DNA of 64,000 nucleotides from a virus: IMG/VR virus record IMGVR_UViG_3300045988_112927, positions 56,519 to 120,518 of that record; one strand, 5' to 3'. Shown piece by piece: positions 53,279 to 61,864 of this stretch (position 1 is its first letter; each line of letters starts with the position of its first letter). The notes under the pieces were generated by a model. It saw only the letters and a program-made list of their open reading frames with translations, ran no database searches and was not told where the DNA came from. The position numbers and the translations under genes were made by a program.

Positions 53279-53460
53279 TTTTGTGAATTAAATTCACTGG
53301 CAGTTGGAAAGACAACCGCGGGCTCCGGTGCGTCAGTGGTTAGGAGCATCGACTAGGATATGGTGGTAAGCCTATACAACAATAACCACCAATAGCTTGG
53401 CGAGTGATTAAGTTACACTCAGTTTAATGCGGCGGAAGTCGTCAAGCATCCGCCTTTAAT

Positions 53461-53533
53461 GGGGCTGTAGCTCAGCTGGGAGAGCGTCTGCCTTGCAAGC
53501 AGAAGGTAGAGGGTTCGAGTCCCTCCAGCTCCA
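53461..53533 (+). tRNA. tRNA-Ala (TGC)
   Basis: GGGGCTGTAGCTCAGCTGGGAGAGC...TCTGC-CTTGCAA-GCAGA...GAGGG-TTCGAGT-CCCTC-CAGCTCC. Confidence 0.8.
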
Positions 53534-53650
53534 CTTTGCAGCTTAATATAGGGTGATGTAACCTACCATCGAGGTACGCATACCAAGAAACAGAAAATGC
53601 GAGGTTGGCAACTTACCTGTACAAATATGCTGAAAAGTTGTGTTTTTTAT

Positions 53651-53733
53651 GCCCGAATGGCGAAATTGGTAGACGCGCTTGATTCAAACTCAAGTTCTTT
53701 TGTAGAGTGTGGGTTCGACTCCCACTTTGGGTA
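53651..53733 (+). tRNA. tRNA-Leu (CAA), type II
   Basis: GCCCGAATGGCGAAATTGGTAGACGC; AC CTTGA-TTCAAAC-TCAAG; long variable arm; T GTGGG-TTCGACT-CCCAC. Confidence 0.75.
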
Positions 53734-53834
53734 CTGCGTAATAAAACGCACTATTTTATTTTAAGGTTTTCCGCCGGTTTTGCCATTGCATGAATGACAA
53801 AAAGCATAAAAAAACTGGTTTCCTTTCCTATTAT

Positions 53835-53863
53835 TTGATTTTTATTAAAAAAAATGATATAAT
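53835..53863 (+). promoter_or_regulatory. class-3 promoter
   Basis: TTGATTTTTATTAAAAAAAATGATATAAT. Confidence 0.5.
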
Positions 53864-53896
53864 ATATATATAAGATAAAGAAAGGAAATGATGTAT

Positions 53897-54010
53897 ATGG
53901 ATAGACAGTTTGATGATTTTGATATTGGACCTCAGTGTGAAGAGTTTTATACAGAGGAAGAGTATTATCAATACTGTATAGATGAACAAGGGTGGCGTAA
54001 AGGTTGGTAA
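53897..54010 (+). CDS. small acidic protein (~37 aa)
   Basis: MDRQFDDFDIGPQCEEFYTEEEYYQYCIDEQGWRKGW; start ambiguous (ATGs at 53888/53891/53897). Confidence 0.25.
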   Translation: MDRQFDDFDIGPQCEEFYTEEEYYQYCIDEQGWRKGW

Positions 54011-54111
54011 CCGAGGCAAAAAGTTCCTGAGTGGCGATACCCAAGAGGTATGTAAGACTTTAAGTTGATGGCGGTAATTCTTACCCGCGCCGAGTCACCC
54101 TTTATATATAT

Positions 54112-54184
54112 GGCTTCATAGTCAAGCGGCTTAAGATGCGACCCTCTCAAGGTCGAGACGAAGGTTCGAATCCTTCTGAAGTCA
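54112..54184 (+). tRNA. tRNA-Glu (CTC)
   Basis: Acceptor GGCTTCA/TGAAGTC; AC CGACC-CTCTCAA-GGTCG; T GAAGG-TTCGAAT-CCTTC. Confidence 0.6.
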
Positions 54185-54197
54185 TTAAGTTTTATAT

Positions 54198-54270
54198 GGC
54201 TCCGTAGTCAAGCGGTCAAAGACGCTGCCCTCTCAAGGCAGAGACGAGAGTTCAATTCTCTCCGGAGTCA
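54198..54270 (+). tRNA. tRNA-Glu (CTC), second copy with different body
   Basis: Acceptor GGCTCCG/CGGAGTC; AC CTGCC-CTCTCAA-GGCAG; T GAGAG-TTCAATT-CTCTC. Confidence 0.55.
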
Positions 54271-54271
54271 C

Positions 54272-54391
54272 TGGGATGTGGTGTAATGGGAGCATTAAAA
54301 AGATATGCCACGGCGTGGGGCATACACCGCAATTATTTTCTTCTATTTTTACTCATAAGAAAAAGGTATAGGTTCGAATCCTATCATCCCT
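54272..54391 (+). pseudogene. disrupted tRNA-like element (~120 nt) with ~60-nt insertion between D-arm region and T-arm
   Basis: 5' TGGGATG...GGTGTAATGGGAGCA, internal hairpin ATGCCACGGCGTGGGGCAT, 3' ATAGG-TTCGAAT-CCTAT-CATCCCT. Confidence 0.3.
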
Positions 54392-54405
54392 CAGCACGCG
54401 TTTGC

Positions 54406-54478
54406 GGCCTCGTCGACAAGTGGTCTAAGTCGCCACCCTTTCACGGTGGAGTCGCGGGTTCGAGTCCCGCCGAGGTCA
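54406..54478 (+). tRNA. tRNA-Glu (TTC)
   Basis: Acceptor GGCCTCG/CGAGGTC; AC CCACC-CTTTCAC-GGTGG; T GCGGG-TTCGAGT-CCCGC. Confidence 0.7.
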
Positions 54479-54735
54479 CTTCTTTCACTTTCGTGAGAGA
54501 AAGAGTGAAAATTACCATCTGCTGAACTCTTAAAAAACGACATATGGGAAGCCTTCTCGAAAAAGATAACAAGGCTTTAGAGAAAAACTGGTCACTGCTG
54601 GCGCCACCTTGTTTGTATAAGTCGGCATATTGGAATGGCGAGTTAAAGGTTTTCTTGCCAAAATAAAAAAGGGAAGTAGGCTTAAAAGCAGCCATCTTTT
54701 AAAGAACGCGTAATAGCGCACCTAAAAATTATTGA

Positions 54736-54809
54736 CGCGGGGTAGAGCAGTCCGGAAGCTCGTTGGGTTCATAACCCAAAGGTCGGGGGTTCAAATCCCT
54801 CCCCCGCTA
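54736..54809 (+). tRNA. initiator tRNA-fMet (CAT)
   Basis: Near-identical architecture to bacterial tRNAfMet: CGCGGGG 5' end with 1:72 mismatch, GGG/CCC at base of anticodon stem, loop TTCATAA. Confidence 0.75.
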
Positions 54810-54859
54810 CTCGATGGTAGAGCCATCGACATATGAAATTTCCTTTTGTTAGCGCCATG

Positions 54860-54898
54860 TACATAGAGTGTACATGGCGTTTTTTTTGGTTTATAAGA
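54860..54898 (+). terminator. intrinsic terminator closing first tRNA block
   Basis: GCGCCATGTACA-TAGAG-TGTACATGGCG then TTTTTTTT. Confidence 0.6.
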
Positions 54899-55120
54899 TT
54901 TTTTGTCTAGCTCCTGCCGCGAACAGAAGATATGCTCGACAGGTCAAAATTAAAAATGGTTTGGGTAATTTTGGGCAAAAATTACCAATTTTTAATTCTT
55001 TATTTTCAAATTGAGTGGAGGACATTTTCGTCCAATATTTGACTTTTTGAAAAAAAGATGATATACTATAAATAAAAGGTATGTATATCAGAAAAAGTTT
55101 GAGAGGAGGATTTAGCATAT

Positions 55121-55981
55121 ATGGCTATACAAGTTGGTAGCATTATTCTTAGCTCTGATATGCGGAGTTGGTATACAAGATTGAATAGTATCATATCAAA
55201 GTATGGCGGAAGTATTGCTCAAATGGGAGTACCTGCCGCAGGAAAAATTGCTCAAGCTAGTGATGTAAATACTATTGTTTATAAATTAAATGAAATGAAA
55301 AGTGATAAATATTTAGGAAATGACCAAAGTTTATATACAACTTATGGTACTGTTGGTGTTGGTACTATAATTTATGCTTATCAAGGTCAAAGATTGAATA
55401 CAGTTATTTCTAATTTAGAGACAATTAAATGTAGAAATGATGCCACTAAAATGAATGGAAATACTAATAATATAAAATCTAATACCTGGTCTCAAGGTGC
55501 CAATACTAATGGTTGGTCACAAGGCGCAAATGGTAATGGTTGGTCACAGGGAGCTCATGGTAATACTTGGTCTCAAGGCACTCATGGAAACGGCTGTAGT
55601 CAAGGTGGTCATGGTAATGGCTGGTCACAAAGTAATAATGGTAATGGTAACGGTCGTTCTTATTGTTCAAATGGTAAAAAGACTGTAAGTGGAAATTATA
55701 ATGGTAATCAATGCGCTTATTGGAGTAATAGCGGTACAAATGGAAATGGTTGTAGCCAAGGCGCAAATTATAATGGATGGTCTCAAGGAACTAATTATAA
55801 TGGATGTAGTCAAGGTGTTAATTATAATGGATGGTCTCAAGGAGCAAAATCTAATACTTGGTCTCAGGGGGCAAAATCTAATACCTGGAATCAAGGCGCT
55901 AATTCAAATGGATGGACTCAATGGACCAATCAAAATCAAACTCAAGTAGATATTTATCATGCTAGAGCGACAATAGGTTAA
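55121..55981 (+). CDS. repeat protein: ~120-aa N-domain plus ~15 tandem 9-10-aa repeats N(G/T)(W/C)SQG(A/T)xxN; candidate radical-SAM substrate (RiPP-like precursor)
   Basis: Repeats read directly (GWSQGANTN, GWSQGANGN, GCSQGGHGN, ...); first gene of operon with two rSAM/SPASM genes 15 bp downstream. Confidence 0.5.
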   Translation: MAIQVGSIILSSDMRSWYTRLNSIISKYGGSIAQMGVPAAGKIAQASDVNTIVYKLNEMKSDKYLGNDQSLYTTYGTVGVGTIIYAYQGQRLNTVISNLETIKCRNDATKMNGNTNNIKSNTWSQGANTNGWSQGANGNGWSQGAHGNTWSQGTHGNGCSQGGHGNGWSQSNNGNGNGRSYCSNGKKTVSGNYNGNQCAYWSNSGTNGNGCSQGANYNGWSQGTNYNGCSQGVNYNGWSQGAKSNTWSQGAKSNTWNQGANSNGWTQWTNQNQTQVDIYHARATIG

Positions 55982-55995
55982 AAAGGAGTTTATAT

Positions 55996-57390
55996 ATGCC
56001 AGAAGTAAAAAGAAGAGAAAGAAGTACTGCAGTGTTTTATACTTGCGGCACTTGTAATTTAAAATGCCATTATTGTGGTATTGATAAAAATCCAATTCTT
56101 GTACAAATTGATAAGGCATTAGAGAAAAGTTTTGAAGGAGATTATTATTATAATCAACTTCTTAAATATTTTCCAGACCCATGTCAATTAAGAAGAATTG
56201 AAACTTGGGGAGGAGAACCTTTCTTAAAAATGGAAAGAATTCATCCATTAGTTAATAAGGTAATAGAACATTATCCTTATTTTGACCAAATGTTTTCTTC
56301 TACCAATTTTTCATATCCAGAATGGCCAGATAAATTTTTTGGATTAATGAAACAATTTGAAGCTTATGCTCCAAGAAAATTTGATTATTTTTTACAATTA
56401 TCTTTAGATGGTCCAACTAATATAAATGATTTTAATAGAGGAGAAGGCGTAACTGAAAAATGTCGAAAAAACTTTCAAGCTTTAGTAAATAGATTACCAG
56501 TTGATTTACCTTCAAATGTTACTCTTAACATTTATTTTAAACCAACTTTAGATAATACTTCTATAAAACAATTAGATACTAAAGAAAAAATTATCGAATA
56601 CTATAGATTTTTTGAGGAATGGTATGCAAAATTATTTGATTTGAAAATGTCTAATTTGAAACCTCAATTATCTGTTCCTAATACAGCAGTACCTTCTCCT
56701 GTAACTAAAGAGGATGGTATAGCTTTCGCGCAATTATGTAAGAATTGCCGAGAAATTGAGAAAGAAAATAAAGAAGTTCATTATTTAAGATTTTATGATG
56801 CAATCACTCCATATGCAGCGTTTACTCAAGATTGTCCTCATGCTCATTATTCTCATGGTAGTTGCATATGCGGAACTGGTTCATTTTTATTGGGCTTTAT
56901 GCCAGATGGCTTAATTTCTACTTGCCATGAAGGTTTTACTCATTTTTATGAAGAGTATAAAAGAGCAGCATTGAATTCAACAAGAGTAGAAGATGGCGCT
57001 ACAATTAACTTTGATAAATTTGTTAATGAACAAGGCTCTAAGTATTGTTTAACTGAGAAACAATATGAAGAATATGAGAAATACATTGATAATTTTATTA
57101 AAGATGGTACTACTGCTAGATTGGGCAATATGGCTGGTCTAATTATGGTATTAGCTATGGCAGGTCAAATTGATAGTAAATATTTAGATGAAAGAAATGC
57201 GTCTGAAGCAGCGGTATTTTTACAGAACCATACCTCTTATTGTTTAAAAGATAATTATAATACTACTGGAAGTTTTATTACAATACCAGTAGGTATTCCT
57301 AAGTTATTATTGAATGGTGCAAAAGAATACATTCAAGAATTAGATAGAGATTCAAAAATAGATGCAAGGGGGTTTGGAAATAATGGATAA
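55996..57390 (+). CDS. radical SAM enzyme with SPASM-type C-terminal Cys cluster
   Basis: CGTCNLKCHYC (CxxxCxxC), ETWGGEPF (GGE motif), C-terminal CPHAHYSHGSCICGTG...STCHEG. Confidence 0.6.
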   Translation: MPEVKRRERSTAVFYTCGTCNLKCHYCGIDKNPILVQIDKALEKSFEGDYYYNQLLKYFPDPCQLRRIETWGGEPFLKMERIHPLVNKVIEHYPYFDQMFSSTNFSYPEWPDKFFGLMKQFEAYAPRKFDYFLQLSLDGPTNINDFNRGEGVTEKCRKNFQALVNRLPVDLPSNVTLNIYFKPTLDNTSIKQLDTKEKIIEYYRFFEEWYAKLFDLKMSNLKPQLSVPNTAVPSPVTKEDGIAFAQLCKNCREIEKENKEVHYLRFYDAITPYAAFTQDCPHAHYSHGSCICGTGSFLLGFMPDGLISTCHEGFTHFYEEYKRAALNSTRVEDGATINFDKFVNEQGSKYCLTEKQYEEYEKYIDNFIKDGTTARLGNMAGLIMVLAMAGQIDSKYLDERNASEAAVFLQNHTSYCLKDNYNTTGSFITIPVGIPKLLLNGAKEYIQELDRDSKIDARGFGNNG

Positions 57391-58879
57391 TTCTGTTATT
57401 AAAAATGATAGAGAGATTTTCCAAAAAGAACAAGATGAATTATTATATGCAATATTAGATGCTCGATTTTTCCAGCCTTGGAAAAGAAAAACTTATCCTC
57501 AAAGAGATACAGTCCCAAAAGGAAGTTTAGAATTATTCATAACTCCTACTTGTAATCAAAATTGTGAATATTGTTATTTACAAAAATATTCAGGTTTATA
57601 TCCGTCTGAATATAATAATAAAGAAACTATTACAAAAAATCTAAGACATTTATTAGATTGGTGTATTGAGGAAGATTTTTTCTTGCCGAATTTAGATTTA
57701 TTCTCAGGAGAAATATGGCACACTTCTTTTGGTTTAGAAATACTTGATATCGTTTATGAGTATGTAACTCAAAAAGGTTTGATTTGTTCTACTATAACAA
57801 TTCCTACAAATGGAACTTTTATACACGATAAAAAACAAACCATTGAAATTCAAAATAGAATAGATGCTTTTAAGGAAATTGGATGTAAAGTAGTTATTTC
57901 TATCTCTATTGATGGTAAATATATAGAAGATATGGAAAGACCTCGTTATGCAGAAAGTCAAATTAGAGATGATAAATTTTATGATGATTTATTTACATTT
58001 GCAAAGCATAATGAATATGGATTTCATCCTATGTTATCTGCGCAAAGCGCAAAACATTGGAAGAAAAATTTCCAATGGTGGCTAATGATGCTTAAGAAGT
58101 ATGATATGCCGATGGAGCGTTTAATGCTATTAGAAGTTAGAAACGATGATTGGACAGATGAATGCATTGCGGAATATAAAGAGTTTTTAAGATATTTATT
58201 AGATTTAACTCTTAAATATCACGACAATAAAATTGAAACTGTTGTAAATGATTTGTTTTTATATAATCAAGTATACGAAACAGAAGAGGGAAAAGATAAC
58301 TTATTATGGGGCGAAAGTATGCCTTATATTCCAATTACACTTAGTGAAACTAAAGGATTTTATGGGTGTACTGTATCAACTCATATGACAGTAAGATTAG
58401 GAGATTTGGCTATTTGTCCTTGTCATAGAACAGCCTATAATAAATATTTATATGGCTATTTTAAACAAGATGAAAATGGTAAAATTATTGGAGTAAAAGC
58501 CAATAATCCTCAAATAGCAATCAATATTTTAATGTTAGATAATAGAAAAGTTGTTTTAGGATGCGATTCATGTATATTTAAGGATGTGTGTCTTGGTACT
58601 TGCAAAGGACAGTCTATTGAATCTCATAACGACCCATTTTATAATGACCCTAAAGTATGTAATTTCTTATATCAGAAATATTCTACGATATACGATTTAT
58701 ATGAAGAAAAAGGTATTATGGATTGGCTTGAAAAGAATTTAACTAAATATCATACTTCTTATCCTATTTGGGCTAAATTCTTAGACACATGGAAAAAATT
58801 AAAGAAGGAGAGAAAAGATGCAGAATTGGCAGAATTTAGACAAAATTTTTACAGGGACTGCTGTAGGAATGGAGACTAA
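57383..58879 (+). CDS. radical SAM enzyme with SPASM domain (second)
   Basis: TPTCNQNCEYC (CxxxCxxC); C-terminal CPCH...GCDSCIFKDVCLGTCKG (CxxCxxxxxCxxxC); ATGGATAA overlap with upstream stop. Confidence 0.6.
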   Translation: MDNSVIKNDREIFQKEQDELLYAILDARFFQPWKRKTYPQRDTVPKGSLELFITPTCNQNCEYCYLQKYSGLYPSEYNNKETITKNLRHLLDWCIEEDFFLPNLDLFSGEIWHTSFGLEILDIVYEYVTQKGLICSTITIPTNGTFIHDKKQTIEIQNRIDAFKEIGCKVVISISIDGKYIEDMERPRYAESQIRDDKFYDDLFTFAKHNEYGFHPMLSAQSAKHWKKNFQWWLMMLKKYDMPMERLMLLEVRNDDWTDECIAEYKEFLRYLLDLTLKYHDNKIETVVNDLFLYNQVYETEEGKDNLLWGESMPYIPITLSETKGFYGCTVSTHMTVRLGDLAICPCHRTAYNKYLYGYFKQDENGKIIGVKANNPQIAINILMLDNRKVVLGCDSCIFKDVCLGTCKGQSIESHNDPFYNDPKVCNFLYQKYSTIYDLYEEKGIMDWLEKNLTKYHTSYPIWAKFLDTWKKLKKERKDAELAEFRQNFYRDCCRNGD

Positions 58880-59174
58880 TAATTACGGTTATGTAACAAA
58901 AGACTGGATTATAGAAAATAATCCTTTATATTTAGAGCGTATTATTTTTAAGCCAATTGGACTTCTTAATGAAATGAACTCTCTTATTGAATATGATATA
59001 GTTCGTTATTACAGAGATGGAAGAGTAGAAAGAAAAAGTTTATATACTGCGGCCCCGGCCGTAGTGGACGGTACAACGATATTAAGTCCATTTGGTAATA
59101 AAGTAATAGAAGAAAAAAAGAGAAAAGGAGATATGGAAAGAAATGATGAATGTAATAATTTCTGTTGTGAATAA
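58818..59174 (+). CDS. hypothetical protein (overlaps both neighbours)
   Basis: 118 aa, RBS AAGGAG before ATG 58818; C-terminal CNNFCC. Confidence 0.3.
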   Translation: MQNWQNLDKIFTGTAVGMETNNYGYVTKDWIIENNPLYLERIIFKPIGLLNEMNSLIEYDIVRYYRDGRVERKSLYTAAPAVVDGTTILSPFGNKVIEEKKRKGDMERNDECNNFCCE

Positions 59175-60078
59175 TAATTCTATAGATGATTTAAAAAATA
59201 CTTTATATTCACTTGGGGGAGACCAAGTGAATATAACCATTATTGCTTCTGGTTCAATAGCAAATCAATTATCCGTAGAATCAATTCATCAAATGTGTCC
59301 AGTAGCAAATGTAAGTAGATATATTAACAATGGGACATATGAAGATTTCCATATGAATAATTTTTATGATGCAATTCATGATTTTCAAGGAGAAGGAGAT
59401 ATCGTTACTTTCTTAAAATGCGGTGACAGATTTATCGGGCAACATTTAATTATAGATATAGAAAAAACTTTCTCTGACAATCCAGAATTATTAACGATGC
59501 ATTATAATATAGTATCAAATGATAATTTGAATATTTATACTTCCAAGGAAATCAATCTTCAAGGATGGTTTTTTAGAAGAGGGTTTTTAGATTATTATGT
59601 ATTTCTAAAAACTTTTAAGAATGAAGTTGAATTTACATTGCATTTATCTTATATTGCAGATTTACAACCTCAATATAATAAATTTGTAAATTCTCCTATG
59701 GTATATACTAAACATTCTATAAATGATATTGGAGAGGCATGTAAGCATTATTTTAATGAAATCCTACCTCAACAAAATTATTTTGATGTTGAACTTGGAT
59801 TAAAGTATTTATATGGCATAATTTGTGACTGTTATATTTCTTATATCCAAGGTATAAATGGAGAAATGTCAGATGAAGATATGCAAAGTTTGATTTTTGA
59901 TATAGGAACATTTTATAATTATTTTAAGCTGCTTGAATTAGATAATATTGAATTATTATTAAAAACATTTAATAATAAAATGAAAGAAATATATCAAAAA
60001 CAAGACGACTTATTCTTAATGAAAATTCCAGATATAACATTTACTGAATTTTTAGAAAATTTTGAAGATAAGGAGTAA
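59143..60078 (+). CDS. glycosyltransferase family-2-like protein (degenerate DxD)
   Basis: N-terminus VIISVVNNNSIDDLKNTLYSL...VNITIIASGS parallels GT2 VIIPTYN...L.SL...EIIVVDDGS. Confidence 0.3.
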   Translation: MMNVIISVVNNNSIDDLKNTLYSLGGDQVNITIIASGSIANQLSVESIHQMCPVANVSRYINNGTYEDFHMNNFYDAIHDFQGEGDIVTFLKCGDRFIGQHLIIDIEKTFSDNPELLTMHYNIVSNDNLNIYTSKEINLQGWFFRRGFLDYYVFLKTFKNEVEFTLHLSYIADLQPQYNKFVNSPMVYTKHSINDIGEACKHYFNEILPQQNYFDVELGLKYLYGIICDCYISYIQGINGEMSDEDMQSLIFDIGTFYNYFKLLELDNIELLLKTFNNKMKEIYQKQDDLFLMKIPDITFTEFLENFEDKE

Positions 60079-60082
60079 AATT

Positions 60083-61003
60083 ATGATACATTATTATTGT
60101 CCAGGATTTGTAGAAAGTCAAAAAGCATATAAAATTTTATTTTGGTTAAGGGATAACGCTTCTCAATGTTTTTATGAAAATGTCCAAATTTCAAAAATAT
60201 ATGGATGTTTTCCTAATATGATTTGGAATGGTGGAAGTTATTGGTTCGGACCTTGTTTATCAAGAAATCAAATAATTGATTATTTTGAATGGTATTCACA
60301 TCAAAATGTTCAATTACAATTAACTTTTACAAATCCAATATTAGAAGAAACAGATTTGTATGACAGATATTGTAATGCAATATTAGAAATAGCAAGTAAT
60401 TATGATTTTGTTGAAGTGCTTGTATCATCTGATATATTAGAAAAATATATAAGAAGCAAATACCCTAATATAAAAATTGATAAAAGTATTATAGCAACAA
60501 CAAGAGATAGAGAGAGTGTAAATGATTCTTTGAAAGGATATTTACAAAATCTTGAGACATATAATATGTGCGTTTTACCTCGAAAACATGGAAAAAATTT
60601 TGATTTCTTAAATCAAATTCCAGAAGATAAAAGAAATAGATTTGAAATTTTAGCAACAGACCCATGTCCGATTAATTGTCCAAGATTATATACTCATTAT
60701 GAAGATATGGCTAAAGCTCAATTGTGGATTCCAGGAGGAGTAGAACATAGTCATTGTACAACTATTCATCCTGACAATCCATTTAAGCAATGGCAATATA
60801 GAAATCAAAGAATATCTTATGAAGAATTGCATAAGTATGAAGAATTAGGTTTTACTGAAATTAAATTAAGTGGTCGTACAGATATGATTCAAATGATTAT
60901 TACTGTAGTTCCTTATTTAATAAAACCTGAATACCAACAAGATGTATATGCAGCTTTATTAAATGATTTCAAAGACTATTTAATTCAGCCAGATTTTTCA
61001 TAA
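60083..61003 (+). CDS. peptidase-U32-family-like protein (UbiU/UbiV/RlhA/TrhP-type fold), paralog 1
   Basis: YYCPGF / MIWNGG / LQLTFTN / VLVSSDILEKYIRSKYPNIKI / EILATDPCPINCPR align by eye with U32 N-terminal motif order (ELLxPAG, GADAVYxGG, VxLNT, ADALIVxD..L...YP, ExFxxGxxCxxxxGxC). Confidence 0.4.
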   Translation: MIHYYCPGFVESQKAYKILFWLRDNASQCFYENVQISKIYGCFPNMIWNGGSYWFGPCLSRNQIIDYFEWYSHQNVQLQLTFTNPILEETDLYDRYCNAILEIASNYDFVEVLVSSDILEKYIRSKYPNIKIDKSIIATTRDRESVNDSLKGYLQNLETYNMCVLPRKHGKNFDFLNQIPEDKRNRFEILATDPCPINCPRLYTHYEDMAKAQLWIPGGVEHSHCTTIHPDNPFKQWQYRNQRISYEELHKYEELGFTEIKLSGRTDMIQMIITVVPYLIKPEYQQDVYAALLNDFKDYLIQPDFS

Positions 61004-61015
61004 AGGAGTGTAATT

Positions 61016-61864
61016 ATGGTATACTACTATTTACCAGGATTGTTTGAGTTTTTCGATTTATATGTAGTATATATGGATATATTCAAACATGAAAAATATA
61101 AATTTAGAAACTGTGAAATAGGTGCAATATATGGGGCACCACACGGAGCAATTTGGAACGGAGGACGTGCGCGAGGAGCTTCATATCCAGACATTGATAA
61201 TGTAAAAGATTGGTCTGTCGGAGAAAATGTTAATTGTGCTTTAACATTTACTAATTGTTTATTAACAGAAGAACATTTAGATAATTTATTTTGTAATGAA
61301 ATAACAAGACGTTTTGAAAGAGAAGAAAATGCTATTATAGTAGAGTCTCCTCTTTTAGAAGAATACATTAGAAAAAATTATCCAAAATATAAAATAGTAT
61401 CTTCAACTACTAAATGCATAAGGTCTATTGATTTATTAAAAGAAGAGTTGGAAAAACCATATGAAAGAGTAGTTTTAGATTATAATTTTAATAAAAATTT
61501 TGATGTATTAAAGTCTTTAGAACATAAAGAAAAATGTGAATTACTTGTTAATGCAGTTTGTTACCCAGATTGTCCAAGAAGAAGAGAGCATTATGAGTAT
61601 ATATCAGCAGATGTTTTGCGGCTTGCGCAACCAGGACCGTTTATTTGCGATGCAATGACAAAGCCGTTATATCAAGCATTAGAAAATACTAACACTATAA
61701 CAGTAGATGCTATTTTTAATGTTTATAATCCTCTTGGTTATCAGCATTTTAAGATTGAAGGAAGAACTGCTAATATAGAAGATTTAATTGAGATTCTTGT
61801 ATATTATACTGTAAAACCTGAATATCAATTAGAGATACGACAAAGACTTAATTTGATTTTATAA
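61016..61864 (+). CDS. peptidase-U32-family-like protein, paralog 2
   Basis: YYYLPGLFE / AIWNGGR / CALTFTN / IIVESPLLEEYIRKNYPKYKI / ELLVNAVCYPDCPRR; paralogous to 60083..61003. Confidence 0.4.
   Translation: MVYYYLPGLFEFFDLYVVYMDIFKHEKYKFRNCEIGAIYGAPHGAIWNGGRARGASYPDIDNVKDWSVGENVNCALTFTNCLLTEEHLDNLFCNEITRRFEREENAIIVESPLLEEYIRKNYPKYKIVSSTTKCIRSIDLLKEELEKPYERVVLDYNFNKNFDVLKSLEHKEKCELLVNAVCYPDCPRRREHYEYISADVLRLAQPGPFICDAMTKPLYQALENTNTITVDAIFNVYNPLGYQHFKIEGRTANIEDLIEILVYYTVKPEYQLEIRQRLNLIL

Noticed and set aside
52975-54695. ORF-track ORFs overlapping tRNA genes (52975..53226, 53751..54150, 54286..54525, 54441..54721, 51145..51342, 62358..62710)
   Set aside because: They coincide with tRNA sequences or lie antisense to them. 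They have no RBS, and their composition reflects RNA genes.
55497-55949. Alternative-frame ORFs inside the repeat-protein gene (55497..55688, 55689..55949, minus-strand 55506..55894)
   Set aside because: These are frame echoes of the tandem nucleotide repeats. The 286-aa frame has the RBS and continues into the operon.
59143-60078. Calling the GT2-like gene an active glycosyltransferase
   Set aside because: The canonical DxD/DDG motif is replaced by ASGS. I kept only a low-confidence GT2-like fold call.
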